Source: Phoronis australis (taxonomy: Eukaryota > Animalia > Phoronida). From it: a stretch of DNA of 64,000 nucleotides. The notes beneath the pieces were generated by a model. The model was not told the origin of the DNA. It ran no database searches and worked only from the letters and a program-made list of their open reading frames with translations. The stretch's first letter is position 1, and each line of letters starts with the position of its first letter. This document shows, in pieces, positions 52,096 through 64,000 of this stretch. Position numbers and translations under genes: made by a program. Location: NCBI GenBank assembly GCA_002633005.1, contig NMRA01000078.1, positions 801,565-865,564 on the forward strand. Reading direction: 5' to 3'.

Positions 52096-55000
52096 CTACA
52101 AAAACATGCAACATACACAATAAAAATCTCCAATTTGGAACTGTTAAACAATCAACGATTTTCAGTGCACAACAGCTAGCTTGACTGCCTCGATGCCAAA
52201 TTGCAAATCCAGATCGGCTAACAAAATCTCGCCAAAACTGACATCAAAATCAACTGAAAAAAGTCGAGCCATACTCCGTTCTCAAAAACTTATGCTTATA
52301 TCTTCAATTATTCCCCATAAAAATTATGTACCATTCAAACTCTACTGGTAACTCAATTATTCCTGCTACTGAAGACAGAACAAAGACGATCGCATGCACT
52401 AGAGGCGTGTGTTTCACCAATCTTGCATGTTTACTTCCTATTGTAAGTTAAGCTCATCTGATGTGTGCTGGTGTGGTGGCAAATGCACTGATTTCACAAA
52501 ATAAACAGAACAATTGTGAACCAAAGGAAAAATTGGAAATTCATCAAAGTATCGAAGTAAATACAAACTTTGAAACGAACTTCGGGGGAATTATTAACTT
52601 TGATACTCGCAGTGGCCACTTTATGGCAACTTGGGGATTTTTCGCAGGTAGCCAAACACAATCTGAGGTCACGTTGGCAACCTCCAGGTCGCCAAATCGA
52701 GCTCTGACTTTGCTTAAACTCAGAACTTTATAGAAACAGGGAATATTGGCTGTCCCAAATTCAAGTATAACAAACAAGCTGACAAAACTACTCATATTTC
52801 ATTGTTTTAGTTTTCTATGTAACATGTCAATAGCAAGAAACATACCCCAAGTGTTCAGACTCTCTGGATATTTGAGAAATGAGATGAGCCCCAAAATCGC
52901 CCATGTCCCAATCTTCAGGATCAAGAATATTTGATTCCAGCCTGAATTCTGGTGTCCCAAATTTTAGAGACATCCCCAAAGTGTAGAATTGTTACCACAT
53001 GTCGGCAACACAACAAACCAAGTTTGATTTAACATACAGTCCAACTGATTCAGCTGGTGTGATAAAATTTCACAATAAGTCTCAAAAAAGAGCAATTAGT
53101 TTAGTTTGATTGTCAATTTTTTCATGACCAAAGTACTGCTAGTTTTGCCCAAGCACCACCATTAATCAATGTTTTGAAAAACTGCGAGCTTTTGCACCAA
53201 TTAGAAATCACTGAAGAATGAAGAGAGTAGTTGTGGATATTGCTTTTGCCTGAGTAAAATTTTAACAAAATGGAAGGTTTCAACAGGAAATGTAATGAGG
53301 TTTAAATTAACAAAACACGAAACACAAATGCACACTACAGTGAGAGGTATTTGAAATTTTCCACATGCGTGAAAAGAAAAAATTAAAAATGTGTTCAAAT
53401 TATGCAAGCAAAACTGCAAACTAACTATTGAAATTTCCTCCATTGTTTGTGAGCCTCTCTGTTAAACGGATAAAAATAAGCATGCTAGTTGTGACCTATT
53501 ACCACATAGCACTTTAAGATGCTGTGCGATCCTAAGGGAAGCAGTCATAAGTTTACTGTTACAGGGGAACAATAAGATTGTTGTCTGCTCACCCATCCGT
53601 GAGCTACCGAGATGTGAGCATCCTAATTTTCCAGCTGTATTTAGTCGAGTACCCCTCGAGCAAAAAAAAAACAATCGGGCGAGAAAATTTCCCTACAGCC
53701 TTTAACAATACTACTCGGAAATGCAGTCCTGCGCTTTAAGCATCTACTGTCCAACAAGCGCACCTCAAGTACTCTAGCTCTTTTCTTGGGTTTATATTTG
53801 GTTAATTTCTTGGCAATGTCCACCAATTTCTGGGCTACACCTGGTCCCCAGTCTCCAGCCGTTTTGTCCGTTAGGTTCTCCGCTAAATACTCGTGAGAAT
53901 CTAGCAGGTTAGTCTGAAATGAAACCATATATACATGATGGAAGTGACAAACGGCACATCAAATGTTGGTGTCATAAGATATGCAAATGGTACTTGAACA
54001 TACCATGGTGCATTGTCATGGTATTGTAATTAGTATCTTGGTGTTAATCACTTATAATACAGTTCCTGCACTAGTACTAGTACACGGCTTGCAATTAAAA
54101 AACACATTGTGTCATCTTCGTTTTTGTTCATGAGAATGAGTACGGTAAAAATTCTCAAATTTGGGACAGTCTCTAGAATTTGAGACACTGAAACTCCCTG
54201 AAAAATTGAATTTTATTGATTCCATGAATTTGGAAAAAAAGCGATTTTTACATTCCCTATGATATTTCTCAATTTTGGACAATGTGTTTTCAATCTAAAG
54301 AACAGGTAAATTTGCTGTCTTTTCGGTGACAGTTGAATTTGGGACGGCTAACATTTTCAATTTCTAGAATTTGAGACAAGCTCCAACCTTGAGCACAAAA
54401 ATTAATTTTTCAATTTCCCAAACTGGAGAATATTTACTGTAAGCTCACAAATATGACTGAGATAGGCGTCAGTTACTAAGATCAACGTTCAACTATGTTT
54501 TCCACAGGATAACTAAAAATAAATATCAAGACAGATACCAAACAAGCCAGATATATAACTACCATTAGAAAATGCAACGCAGACAGACACACACTAAGAT
54601 GTATGACTAAAAGTTATGCTTGAAAATGTATGATTATTTTCACGTTTCAGCCACCATGCAGCTCAAACAGCTTACCAGTGTGTGGTCAATCCTGTCGCCG
54701 TCAAAAGAGGGCAATCCAGTCACCAGTTCCAGCAACACCTGCAGTAAAAGGATGCAGGCATCAAATATTTAAGGCACCATACAGTCCATTAAACAGTAAA
54801 TAAGTGTCAATTACTCCTCAAAATTATCGCCACTTTCAATCAAGGTGAAAAAAAAGAAAGTTAACAAGGCGCAGCCGCTGCTGTATAATTAGGATACTGT
54901 TGCAACCATGGGTCACGGCCAAATACCAGTCATTAGATGGACACGTATAATTGGGTGGTTAGTGTTTACTGTGATGTATACATTATAAGTAATTCATCTA

Positions 55001-58000
55001 GTAAGCATACAATATGACAGAGCAGCAAATTTCAATATTCAATGATCATTGTTAATAGACCTTATTCATGCAGTCACCATTCTCTTGTATCAATAGTCTC
55101 TGTGTTTAATTCCTTGTAAAATTTATTGTTACTCATTGGTCAGCTATTAGAGGCCCGTGCCTTTGTGGCCACCAAGTCATGTTTTTATATGATTAAAAAA
55201 TAAAAATAAAAATTTGTTGCTCTCTCTAGAATGGGTCCCTTTGTAGGTTTAAAAAACAATGCATTGAGATATAAAAATAACGAGGAACACAAAAAAATCC
55301 TGTTGTGCACTATGATTAAGTGCAGAACGCATTGTTTTTAAAACAAGGCGGCTCTTTGTAATATGGTGAATAATCAACATTAGAAAATAATGAAATTTCA
55401 ATCTATAATTGTTAGAGTTATCACTGTGCAGAATTACAAAATGGCATTTGATAAAGTCTTGTTTCTTTGCAGCAAAGTAATCAATCTTTGAAAAATAAAA
55501 AATGTCCATTTTGACAATTTTTTGTCCCGAATTTGTGAAGAACTGGTGTGATGCATAAACAACATAATAACGAGCAAGTTCACACTCGGTTTTAAAAGAG
55601 TAAAAGGAGAATGCCACCCAAAAAACAACCTATTTTGTAACAATTTAGATCGAGCAGTTCCACTCGATAACAACAAGTTCAGTTGTTTTACTTGACACCT
55701 AACGGCAGGTGGAAGTGTTGAAATTAACCAATGACGTAATCCGTTCGAACGCAGTCAGCCGTTCATAACACGCTTACTGGTGTCACCTTATCACCCGAAT
55801 TCATCGTTTTATGCCAATAAATCATCAAAAATCGATGTAAAGCCCTTACAAATACATCGAGTTCTTGAACAAACGTGTTGTTTTATTTCACTGTTACGGA
55901 TTTATAGGTATTAGAATGTACAGTAGCCTACAGAGTTTGCCTGTAGGCCAATTTACCATGGTTGATCACGGGAGTTTGGGTTTGTTTGGTGATAAATTCG
56001 AATCATTGTTCCGTGAAATACAGACAGGAGAACATAGCTGTGTGTTATACTTATAGACTTGCAATTTTTTCAGTTTTAAACACACAAAACACTTGTTACT
56101 CCCCGCCAGTGGCTCAGAACCTGATCAGGCCCGTCACGGATGCTGGGACTGGACATCACAAACATAAACCAACTTAAGTTGGAAACTAAACCTCCAGTCA
56201 CAAAAAACTGTAATAGTGCACCAAAAAAATAATGTGCACGTATTTATTTAGCTGAATTAGTCACGAAACTGAAAATCTACTCATTACGGCGTTTTCTCAC
56301 TGCTCCCAACTTGTTTGATTCCATAGCTCAAAAACAAGTTGGAAAGATGACCCCTGTAGCCCATATCTTACACGACTGATTAACTCCATTCAGGCATTTA
56401 TGGTTGGAGGGCCAGCTCTCTTTTGTTCGATAATCTCCAATAAGATCATATCTAGCCTGTCAGACTGGTTTGTGCTGTTAAAAATAAAAGTTAAGTTATA
56501 ACATATTTGAACGTAAACCAATAGCATTTCTGAAATCCTTGTGAAATGGTGATCATGTTTAGATTTGGAATCGCCAAAATTGCCCAACTACAATCGAAGT
56601 TATGACAATCTCTTTTTTCCGAACGCGCCCATTTGCTCTGGGTTTGATTGTGTTCACAGGTGGTCTGTAATAAGCCTGGTAGATAATTGGCCTGCTTGTT
56701 GTCATACCAGACAAAAGACTGTGCTTGGCAGTTAACAAAGAAGCTACATGTTATCACACACTCAATGTCTGGTAAAGTCACTGAATGGGAGAATGATGTA
56801 TACTTGTCGGGGGCTGCGAAGACAGGTTCGCCTTCCACAGAACCGTCAGGGCAAAGGTTGTACCGTAACAACTATTTGAATAATGTATTTGTATATCTAA
56901 ATAAAGATTCCCTAACATGTGACCATAGCATATAAAATCGAGTTATCGTTTCACAACAGCTTTCTGTCAGCAAACACAGAATTAGCATGCGCTCACACGG
57001 CCTCGGTGACCAGTCAATTACATTAATTTTATTGCATCTAAAGCCAGTAATGCAGTGATTTATTTATTGCTGGATTCTCAATACATTTGCTCTCACGAAT
57101 ACTGCAAAGGCCTTACAAATTGTATTTAATGAGACAGACTTTGTTTCAGTTTTATATAAGCATTGGTTAGGGTGAGAATAATTCATTTTGAAACAGAAAG
57201 CAGAATAATAAACGTCTACATGGCAACTCGCCTGGCCCCAATCTGGACTTAGTCGAGAGCTCATCCGACGAAGACTTCATGGGTGGGATCTTCAGGTTTC
57301 ACAGGCTATCAGTTCAAACCGGAATACACTGATCAAGAAATACTAGAGACGAGGCGCCATGAACATGCACAGGCAACGGAATGTATGGATAGTTCTTTGG
57401 TAAGCCAGAATTCGTCAGAGAAATCACTGTCGACGAAATGCCGGCCACATACACGGAGATGTTTCACGGCATCATACTTGCTATTAACAGCGTACTTTTC
57501 ATTCTTCATTACCGCAAGCCACTTCCAAAGCATTTCGGGGTCTCGAGGAAGTCGAGAAAACGATATACCCGCTTTCTTTGCAGCTTCATAGTTCGGACAA
57601 GCGGGAACAATGCACCAAATTCACTCTGCAGGTGAACCACTGACGTCGCTGCATCGTTTCTCACCTTCCTCACAGGTTAACGTGACACCTCTCAGCAAAG
57701 TGAAGTTGACCGTACAAGAGGCGATGTGGATATAGACCGATTAAGACGGTAAAAAAGACTAAAGCGGGTGGCATTCTTTAAAAATTACATTAATGTAATG
57801 CAATGCAAATCAAAAAAGCTTCAATTTATGATTTTGAGAAGCAACAAGGCACTGTCAGAGACAGCAGTAATTCCCGCTGGGTGTTTTCTGTGAGCAGAAT
57901 GTTTCTCTACATGTAAGCGTTAAAATTAAGAACGTTTATACTTCAAGGAAATACAGTCAAATTGCAAACTGCCGACTTTATGCGCTACTTTCTATTATGT

Positions 58001-61000
58001 TTTCTTAGCGTTTGGCTGAAATTCGATGAGAAATGTAAGGAAGAATTGAGCGCAAAACAGTTTTCTACTTCGACGGATGGATGAACAGATGGAAACATGG
58101 GGGATAAAAAGAACATCATTCTACTTGACACAGCAAAAGTGGATACCATAGTAAAATGATATAAAACCAGAATGTGACAATACTGTACCCATCGCCACCA
58201 GAGGACATCCCAGGCTAACAAGAAAGTGAGAGACCGACCACCATATGCTTACCACTCCAAAGCTAAATGCGTCCAGTTTGTCAGTGATAGTACCATGTAT
58301 GGCCTCGGGGGCCATGTACGCTGCTGTGCCGATGACATTTGATGTCTGGAGTGCCGTCTTATTGGCTGGTCCTTGGCGCGCCAGGCCAAAGTCACCAAGT
58401 TTTGGGACAAGATCTTTATCCAACAAGACATTGGCGCTGAAATGTAGATGAATAATGGTTCCAGCTAATTTCAACATTTTGTAGCAAATATGAGATATTT
58501 CTTTACGGAAAGTAACAAAATTTACCGAATAATACCTACAGTAAGGATCAATTCAAACTTAATTGACTGCGACTACCTCAATCTCAGTTTACTCTGTCAC
58601 CAAATCAGGTCCAAAGCAAATTTTGCAGCTCACATCATTAACTGGAGTAGGCAGACAGTATTATTGAGAATGTGTTGCATTTTCTTTTTATTGTAGAGTC
58701 ACTAAATTATTAAAAGTACAGTAAGCCACGTTCCAGATTACTGATCCCATCTCATTAGGGTGGTCAATTAAAGTTGGTCAATAAGCGAATTTGTAATAGT
58801 AACTACTTGACTAATTGATGTAATTTCCACATCCCAAATTTCACTCCACTTCCCAAATACAATTCTCCTCCTCGTGGAATTAGAAAAAAAAGACACATTT
58901 CTTCAGTGACTTACTTTTCGAAATGCAAGGCAACTGGCACACTTCTGAGCAGAGTCGGACCACATGGGTTTTCACACATTCATGTCAGCAATGCAGCTCA
59001 CAATGTGACAGTGAAACTCTACTGGCATTAAGATGACGAATGCCAAACTAATTTTGATTGACAGCAGTGGTGTGACGAGTGCCCGCTTTCTTAATGGTTA
59101 ACGCCACCCATAGGATTTTTTAGGAGTACATTTTTTGCAAATTTCCATGACATTCCTGCAAGTGGTTTCAGCAGATGTCGAGGTGGATAGAAAAACAGAC
59201 ACGATGGTTAATGAAATTGCCACTAGGAGGATTGTAATCAAAATGAGTAACAGAGCAAACTAACACTGGTGCTGCTTAAATCAAATACACAAAATAATGC
59301 AACATTAAAAATCCAAAATAAATAATTACTCATACCAATCTGACCCTACTACAACCCTATGACCCCACAATGACCCCACAATGACCCTACTATGACCCCA
59401 CCGCAGTGCCATATTACTCACCCCTTAATATCTCTATGTACTATATTAGCCTGAGAAGTATGCAGGTAGGTGATATGACCACCCTACTATGACCCTATGA
59501 CCCCACAATGACCCCACAATGACCCTGCTATGACCCCACCGCAGTGCTATATTACTCACCTCTTAATATCTCTATGTACTATATTAGCCTGAGAGGTATG
59601 CAGGTAGGTGATGGCCTCCGCTGTTCCCTTAGCAATACTGACACGTACCAACCATGTCAGAGGAGCTGTGTTTTTCTGTCACCATGGAAATATGCAAGGA
59701 ATCAGTTAAAAATGGCACAATTCAACAAGACCAAATAAAGTAAACAGTACACTGAGGAGGATTGTTGATTCAGTTCCCGATGCCATGATCCAGTTTGTGA
59801 CCAGAAATACAATACAATACAACCTTTTATCCCCCATCTCAGTTATGTTTCGGTAGATATCTCACAGGCATTCCTTGACGTGTCTTCTCATAAGCAGCGG
59901 TAGACAAACGAATCATTATAATCATTGTTTTTAACTACTGTTTATTTCATATTAAAAGGATAATAATCCCTGTTTTGATGATTTCAGCTTATTGTGAAGG
60001 CAACTTTTGATTTAAATAGCAATCTAACACCATGGCTGAATATTGTTAGTGAAGCTGACATCATAATATGCTTCTCTTGTAAAGCACAGCGATATCTCAG
60101 TCATGAATAACCTTTTTTCTTGAGTTACTTGAGCCTACAAAACGCAGCCCGAATTAAAGCTTTCACGCCAACCTGCAGTCCCCAAAACACTGACGTGTGG
60201 ACTTGAGTGAGAAAGAACTTTAAGACCAGTCAGCAACATTGGTCAACTGACCTTGCAGGCGAGTCTGTCCTCTAACGACCCATTGACCATGTAGGGGTAC
60301 ACTATGCAGAAGTGGTCCCCATCATCACTGACACCAACAATCGGCAACAAGTTTTTATGTTTGAACCTAAATGAAAACAAGATGTGAAAGACACGACCTC
60401 GTGGAAAGACATTGATTAGCAAACAGTTACGAACGACGTATAAACGAACACAGACTGTTTCAGCTTCAGGCTTATTTAAATTTAGCTGTTTCTAATCTTG
60501 GGAGATAGTTAAGCGCTATTACTCGAGAGAACTGAGTTGAAATCCCGTCTTGGATGGCAGACCATGAGCATAGGGTGACTCTTGCCTCCAATAGCACTCA
60601 TTCATAACGCAAGAAAGAAGAGTGTTGTAAATGTGTTGAGCGCCCCCTAGTGGAAAGCAGTGCTTGGTACTCGTCAAAGCAAGAGGGAAGAGAGTGTTGT
60701 AAATGTGTTGAGCGCCCCCTCGTGGAAAGCAGTGTTTGGTACTCATCAAAAGCCTCACTAGAGATATGCATGAAAAAGGATTTTTGTTTCTTTCATAGTC
60801 AGGATAGTTTACAAATAGTGAAGATTTATGGTACTGCATTGGTTTGAAATTTGAATGTGAGGTAGGAACCCTGCTATGTGTCTCAGATTTCAGCATCTTG
60901 CATGACTGTACCTCCTCAACTCCATGTGATTGCAAACAATGGGTTGAGTACCATAGATGCAAGAAACTTACAAGTAAAGCCAGTATGACTATGAGCTTCG

Positions 61001-63256
61001 CCAGTAGTGCATGGCAATATTTTGCAAAGACTCGTAAGATTTTGCATTTCTGTGAGTGCCACATGGCCATTAAGCTCAACTGATTTCCCTCAAGAGGGCA
61101 CCATTCCAAAATGGGATCATTGTGTTTGACTCTTCTAATCATGCTTCCGGGGAAATTTAATTTGAGACCTAGTTAAAGGCATAACAAACACTATCCGCAA
61201 GTAATACATTTCCGATAAGTTCAACATACTCCTTAAGAACGTTGAGCTCCGTCTTGAATTGACTCGTCTGGCTTTTATCAGCACAATCCAATCTTTTCAC
61301 AGCTAGCATTTGGTCACCAAGGTAACCTGTAGTAAACAATACAATTTTCTGAATATAAACCTTCTTGTGAATGACGAACATCGCAACAGCTTTGCGTAGT
61401 TGAACGAGAAATTTAAAAATAAGAAGGTGGGTGTTACTCTTCACTTTAAGAACAAATCTTTAAGAAGCCAGTGTGAATGTGTACTCAAATGGTTGATAGG
61501 GTTAAGGCCCAGGGAGCTAGAATGACGGAGGTCAGCAAGAATGAAGTGAAAATGTATATTAGTCTGTGACCTAGCTTTTTACGCAGCAACCACCTTTAAA
61601 TTTTCAGAATGCAAACATTACCCATATAATGAGCTGACCACATGTTACTCACGCGCTGCCATTTCGGGCTTAGCTATTCACTAATTCATAAGGGGTAATA
61701 AACCATCATCATCTCAGCGGGTCCATAAACCTTTGGTTAGTTGTGTTAAGTTACACAGTCCAACTGCATCAGTAGCATGACTAAGAGCAGGTTTGTTTTC
61801 AAAAGTCCTACTCTGTTTGAATGACATTCATCATTTACAGCACTACACAAAATTCTAAGGCACTATGCGGACTAGTTACCCTCTTCCTGCCCAAAATGCT
61901 AACTCGAATGCCTTCACTGCATTTTGAACACAAGAACGATAATTGGAAAAGGAATATTTCATATCTCCTTCTGTACAGAGGAGAACATGGTGTTTTCCAG
62001 TCCGATAAGGTAAGGTTCCACCGAAACTGAGATCATTACTCAATAGTAAGCGTACTACGTACTTCTTAGGAGCTGAAATTCTGACGTGTGTTCACAAAAA
62101 CAGAGGCACTTTTATGGTCACATCTTATAAACTGAGGGTGGGATGCTAGGCACAGCATGGTGCCTTAAAAGCGAAAATTTGGAAATTTCAGAGACGGGAA
62201 GTGGAACAAGTGGTATTGATCATTACATGAACCTTAAGGGATAATCTGCCGTGTTTTGAGGGGTGTGTGTTGAAGGTTTAACGATCGAGACTCACCTAAA
62301 TACACCGTTGAAAATCCACCACGACCAATTAAACGGTCATTGTTGAATTTCTGTGTCATGGCTTCCACTTCACAGTATGTATAACTGTGCACTCTGTCTG
62401 CAAAATAAAAACATCAAAAATGCTGGTACAAACTCGTCCACATGACATGAAAAATGCCGGCATCTCAAAAATTCGGAAACAACAAGGCATAACAAAAAGA
62501 AAGACCATATGTCATTCCTCAAACAAAATTCGAGACCATTTAACTTATAACTCCTCATGGTAATACCATAGATTACATAATTTAAGTCAGTAAACCCATG
62601 TGTGCACTATTTTCGATTAGGGTTGGCCAATCTCAAGAAACTCTCAAGGTTTTCTCAAGTCAAGGTTTTGAGGCTTTTATTGGCAACAGAAATGAAACTC
62701 TATCAAAGGTAAAGATCATTATGCGACTGATATTATGAGAGTAAAATGGATAATCCAATTCTCAATGCATAACCAGCTAAACAGGGCAAAATGCAGCAGT
62801 CTTTAGTCCATTCTAAAAAGCACTGGGAACTTCTGCCAGGGGGCAGCACCACAGCATAGATTAGACACTATTATGGAAGTCTATGATCTGATTCACTTTT
62901 TTAAAACTCATTCTAGTATAAGCCAGACATACTTTTAAGATTACAAAATTTCAAGTTGAAAGAAGAAACCAATCATTGCAACAGAATTCCTGAGATGCAC
63001 ACCAAATATTGAGAAACAGGCAAAAAAGAAAATTTCGAAATAACAAACTCTGCACATTTTAGGGTGATTTTTATGCAATTGGATTGTCTTAATTAAAAAC
63101 CGGACGATCACCGCTGGTGATGACCAGCTACTGACCAGCTACTGACCAGTTACTGACTACATTCTATGTATCTCTCACTTCACTCTATGGATGTTACCTG
63201 AGCTGTATGTTGGCACTTGTTGTCCTAAATTGTTGTAAATATGATCCTGATGATGT
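52048..63256 (-). CDS. IRAK4: IRAK4/Tube-like Ser/Thr kinase, 3' part (5' exons and any death domain lie beyond the window)
   Basis: Exons 63256-63198 (tentative), 62397-62296, 61326-61230, 60366-60252, 59675-59560, 58436-58253, 54738-54676, 53913-53764, 52095-52048. Motifs LIGRGGFSTVY, LAVKRL, QFKTELNVL, HKNLL..FCIVYPYMVNGSLEDRL (Tyr gatekeeper), VHRDIKSANVLLD, GDFGLAR, VIGTAAYMAPE, DAFSFGVVLLELVTG. Orthology to IRAK4 itself is inferred. Confidence 0.85.
53764..53913 (-). CDS. IRAK4-like exon (C-lobe end)
   Basis: tttcag|TNLLDSHEYLAENLTDKTAGDW..KKRARVLE|gtgcgc. Confidence 0.85.
54141..54441. mobile_element. TA-flanked Tc1/mariner-type MITE; related copies at ~20391-20700 and ~52690-52995
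   Basis: Imperfect TIRs TACGGTAAAAATTCTCAAATTTGGGA / TCCCAAACTGGAGAATATTTACTGTA; internal similarity (e.g. CAAAATCGC.CATGTCCCA) shared among the copies. Confidence 0.6.
54676..54738 (-). CDS. IRAK4-like exon
   Basis: ctgcag|VLLELVTGLPSFDGDRIDHTL|gtaagc. Confidence 0.88.
55601..57781. mobile_element. Non-autonomous Kolobok-like DNA transposon with a THAP-domain remnant, inside an IRAK4-like intron
   Basis: 12-bp TIR AGAATGCCACCC (55608-55619) / GGGTGGCATTCT (57766-57777), flanked by TAAA-AGG and TTAA. Minus-strand THAP motif CIVPACPN..FSRLPRDP..W..VCGRHF (from 57614 to about 57420). Confidence 0.6.
57333..57620 (-). pseudogene. THAP zinc-finger remnant (transposase N-terminus)
   Basis: WCIVPACPNYEAAKKAGISFSRLPRDPEMLWKWLAV..HLRVCGRHFVDSDF. 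The C2CH signature is intact, but TGA lies directly upstream and there is no initiator. Confidence 0.75.
58253..58436 (-). CDS. IRAK4-like exon (DFG to APE)
   Basis: ANVLLDKDLVPKLGDFGLAR..GTAAYMAPE..DAFSFGV. Confidence 0.92.
59343..59612. repeat. 138-bp tandem duplication covering the 3' end of the IRAK HRD exon, its donor and an ATGACCCCACA repeat
   Basis: 59343-59474 matches 59481-59612. Confidence 0.9.
59560..59675 (-). CDS. IRAK4-like exon (HRD loop)
   Basis: KNTAPLTWLVRVSIAKGTAEAITYLHTSQANIVHRDIK|gtgagt. Confidence 0.9.
60252..60366 (-). CDS. IRAK4-like exon (hinge)
   Basis: FKHKNLLPIVGVSDDGDHFCIVYPYMVNGSLEDRLACK. Confidence 0.9.
60610..60751. repeat. ~72-bp tandem duplication, each unit with a CTCF-consensus motif
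   Basis: GCGCCCCCTAGTGG (60640-60653) and GCGCCCCCTCGTGG (60712-60725). Confidence 0.85.
61230..61326 (-). CDS. IRAK4-like exon (VAIK Lys, alphaC)
   Basis: YLGDQMLAVKRLDCADKSQTSQFKTELNVLK. Confidence 0.9.
62296..62397 (-). CDS. IRAK4-like exon (Gly-rich loop)
   Basis: ttgcag|..VHSYTYCEVEAMTQKFNNDRLIGRGGFSTVYL G|gtgagt. Confidence 0.9.
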
Positions 63257-64000
63257 CTAATGAAAAGACGAAACGTTGAATTGAACATGAACTTTCTTAT
63301 TTGTGTGGCGATCGTCCGGTTTTTAATCTTATTGTGGCCAAAAACTGATTGTCTAAATTAGCCTAGTAGGTTATGTGCACTATATTACACGACAGACATT
63401 TAACTTTTTGTCACCACAAATGACTTTACGTAACGATTGCAGGTACTGGAACACATTCCTTTCTTTGAGTAAACTCTACTCTTAGCAATTCCTCAATGAA
63501 CAATTTGAAAAAATAACTTAGTACTGAACACTGTTATTTCAGAGTTCACTGCAACAGAAAATTCAAACTCCTTACGAAATTCATGAACATGTTTCAGAAT
63601 CCATGTCCAACCTTTGGTGCAAAAATTTCAAACTCGCAGCACAGGTTTTCAAACTGGACACAATTAAGTCGACAAGACGGGTGTGACAAGTCAAAACAGG
63701 AAGTGGAGTCATTGAGCTAGGTGGCGCAAAGGAACTGCCATTTTACTGCATCCACAGTTGGATTTTGAAATTATTTCAACTATAAACGCCACAGACGGGA
63801 GATATAATTTGATTAATTGTAAAATTTTACAAGAACATGTTACTTTGCTTAATGTATACTTCCCAAACGAAACAAGAAAACAACTTGACTTTGTGGAAAG
63901 GTTGGGCAATGTAGTATTCAAAACTGCTCATGATATTAATATTCTATGCGCAGGCAATTTCAACTGTCCACAGTCAGATTTGGACAAAATAGGTAAACTT

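Noticed and set aside
60519-61142. 207-aa minus-strand ORF inside the kinase gene
   Set aside because: No recognisable domain, partly built from a tandem duplication, and the kinase exons on either side join in phase without it
61880-61970. AG/GT-bounded segment as an extra kinase exon
   Set aside because: 91 nt would shift the frame and split the N-lobe between beta2 and beta3

Overview
AT-rich, intron-containing animal (invertebrate-like) draft genome window with four N-gaps. Four spliced protein-coding genes could be rebuilt by hand with consistent GT-AG junctions and exon phases. (1) A harmonin/whirlin-family protein on the minus strand (harmonin-N domain + 2 PDZ domains, ~790 aa, 20257->2450). 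Its unusual tail carries PPxY, an MIU-like motif and a WASP-type CA-like (DDEW) end instead of PDZ3. Two of its blocks are duplicated across gaps and look like uncollapsed haplotypes. (2) RSBN1/DPY-21-type histone demethylase (minus, 34922->27833). (3) SET/TAF-I histone chaperone (plus, 35172->46369), head-to-head with RSBN1 across only 249 bp; its first intron has U12 minor-spliceosome signals. (4) The 3' kinase part of an IRAK4-like RD kinase (minus, from about 63256 to 52048; the 5' end is outside the window). Introns hold a decayed L2/CR1-type LINE, an internally deleted Kolobok-like element with a THAP remnant, tRNA-derived SINEs, several MITE families (one apparently polymorphic between haplotypes) and G-rich minisatellites, two of which abut splice donors. 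All family assignments come from remembered motifs; no database search was run.
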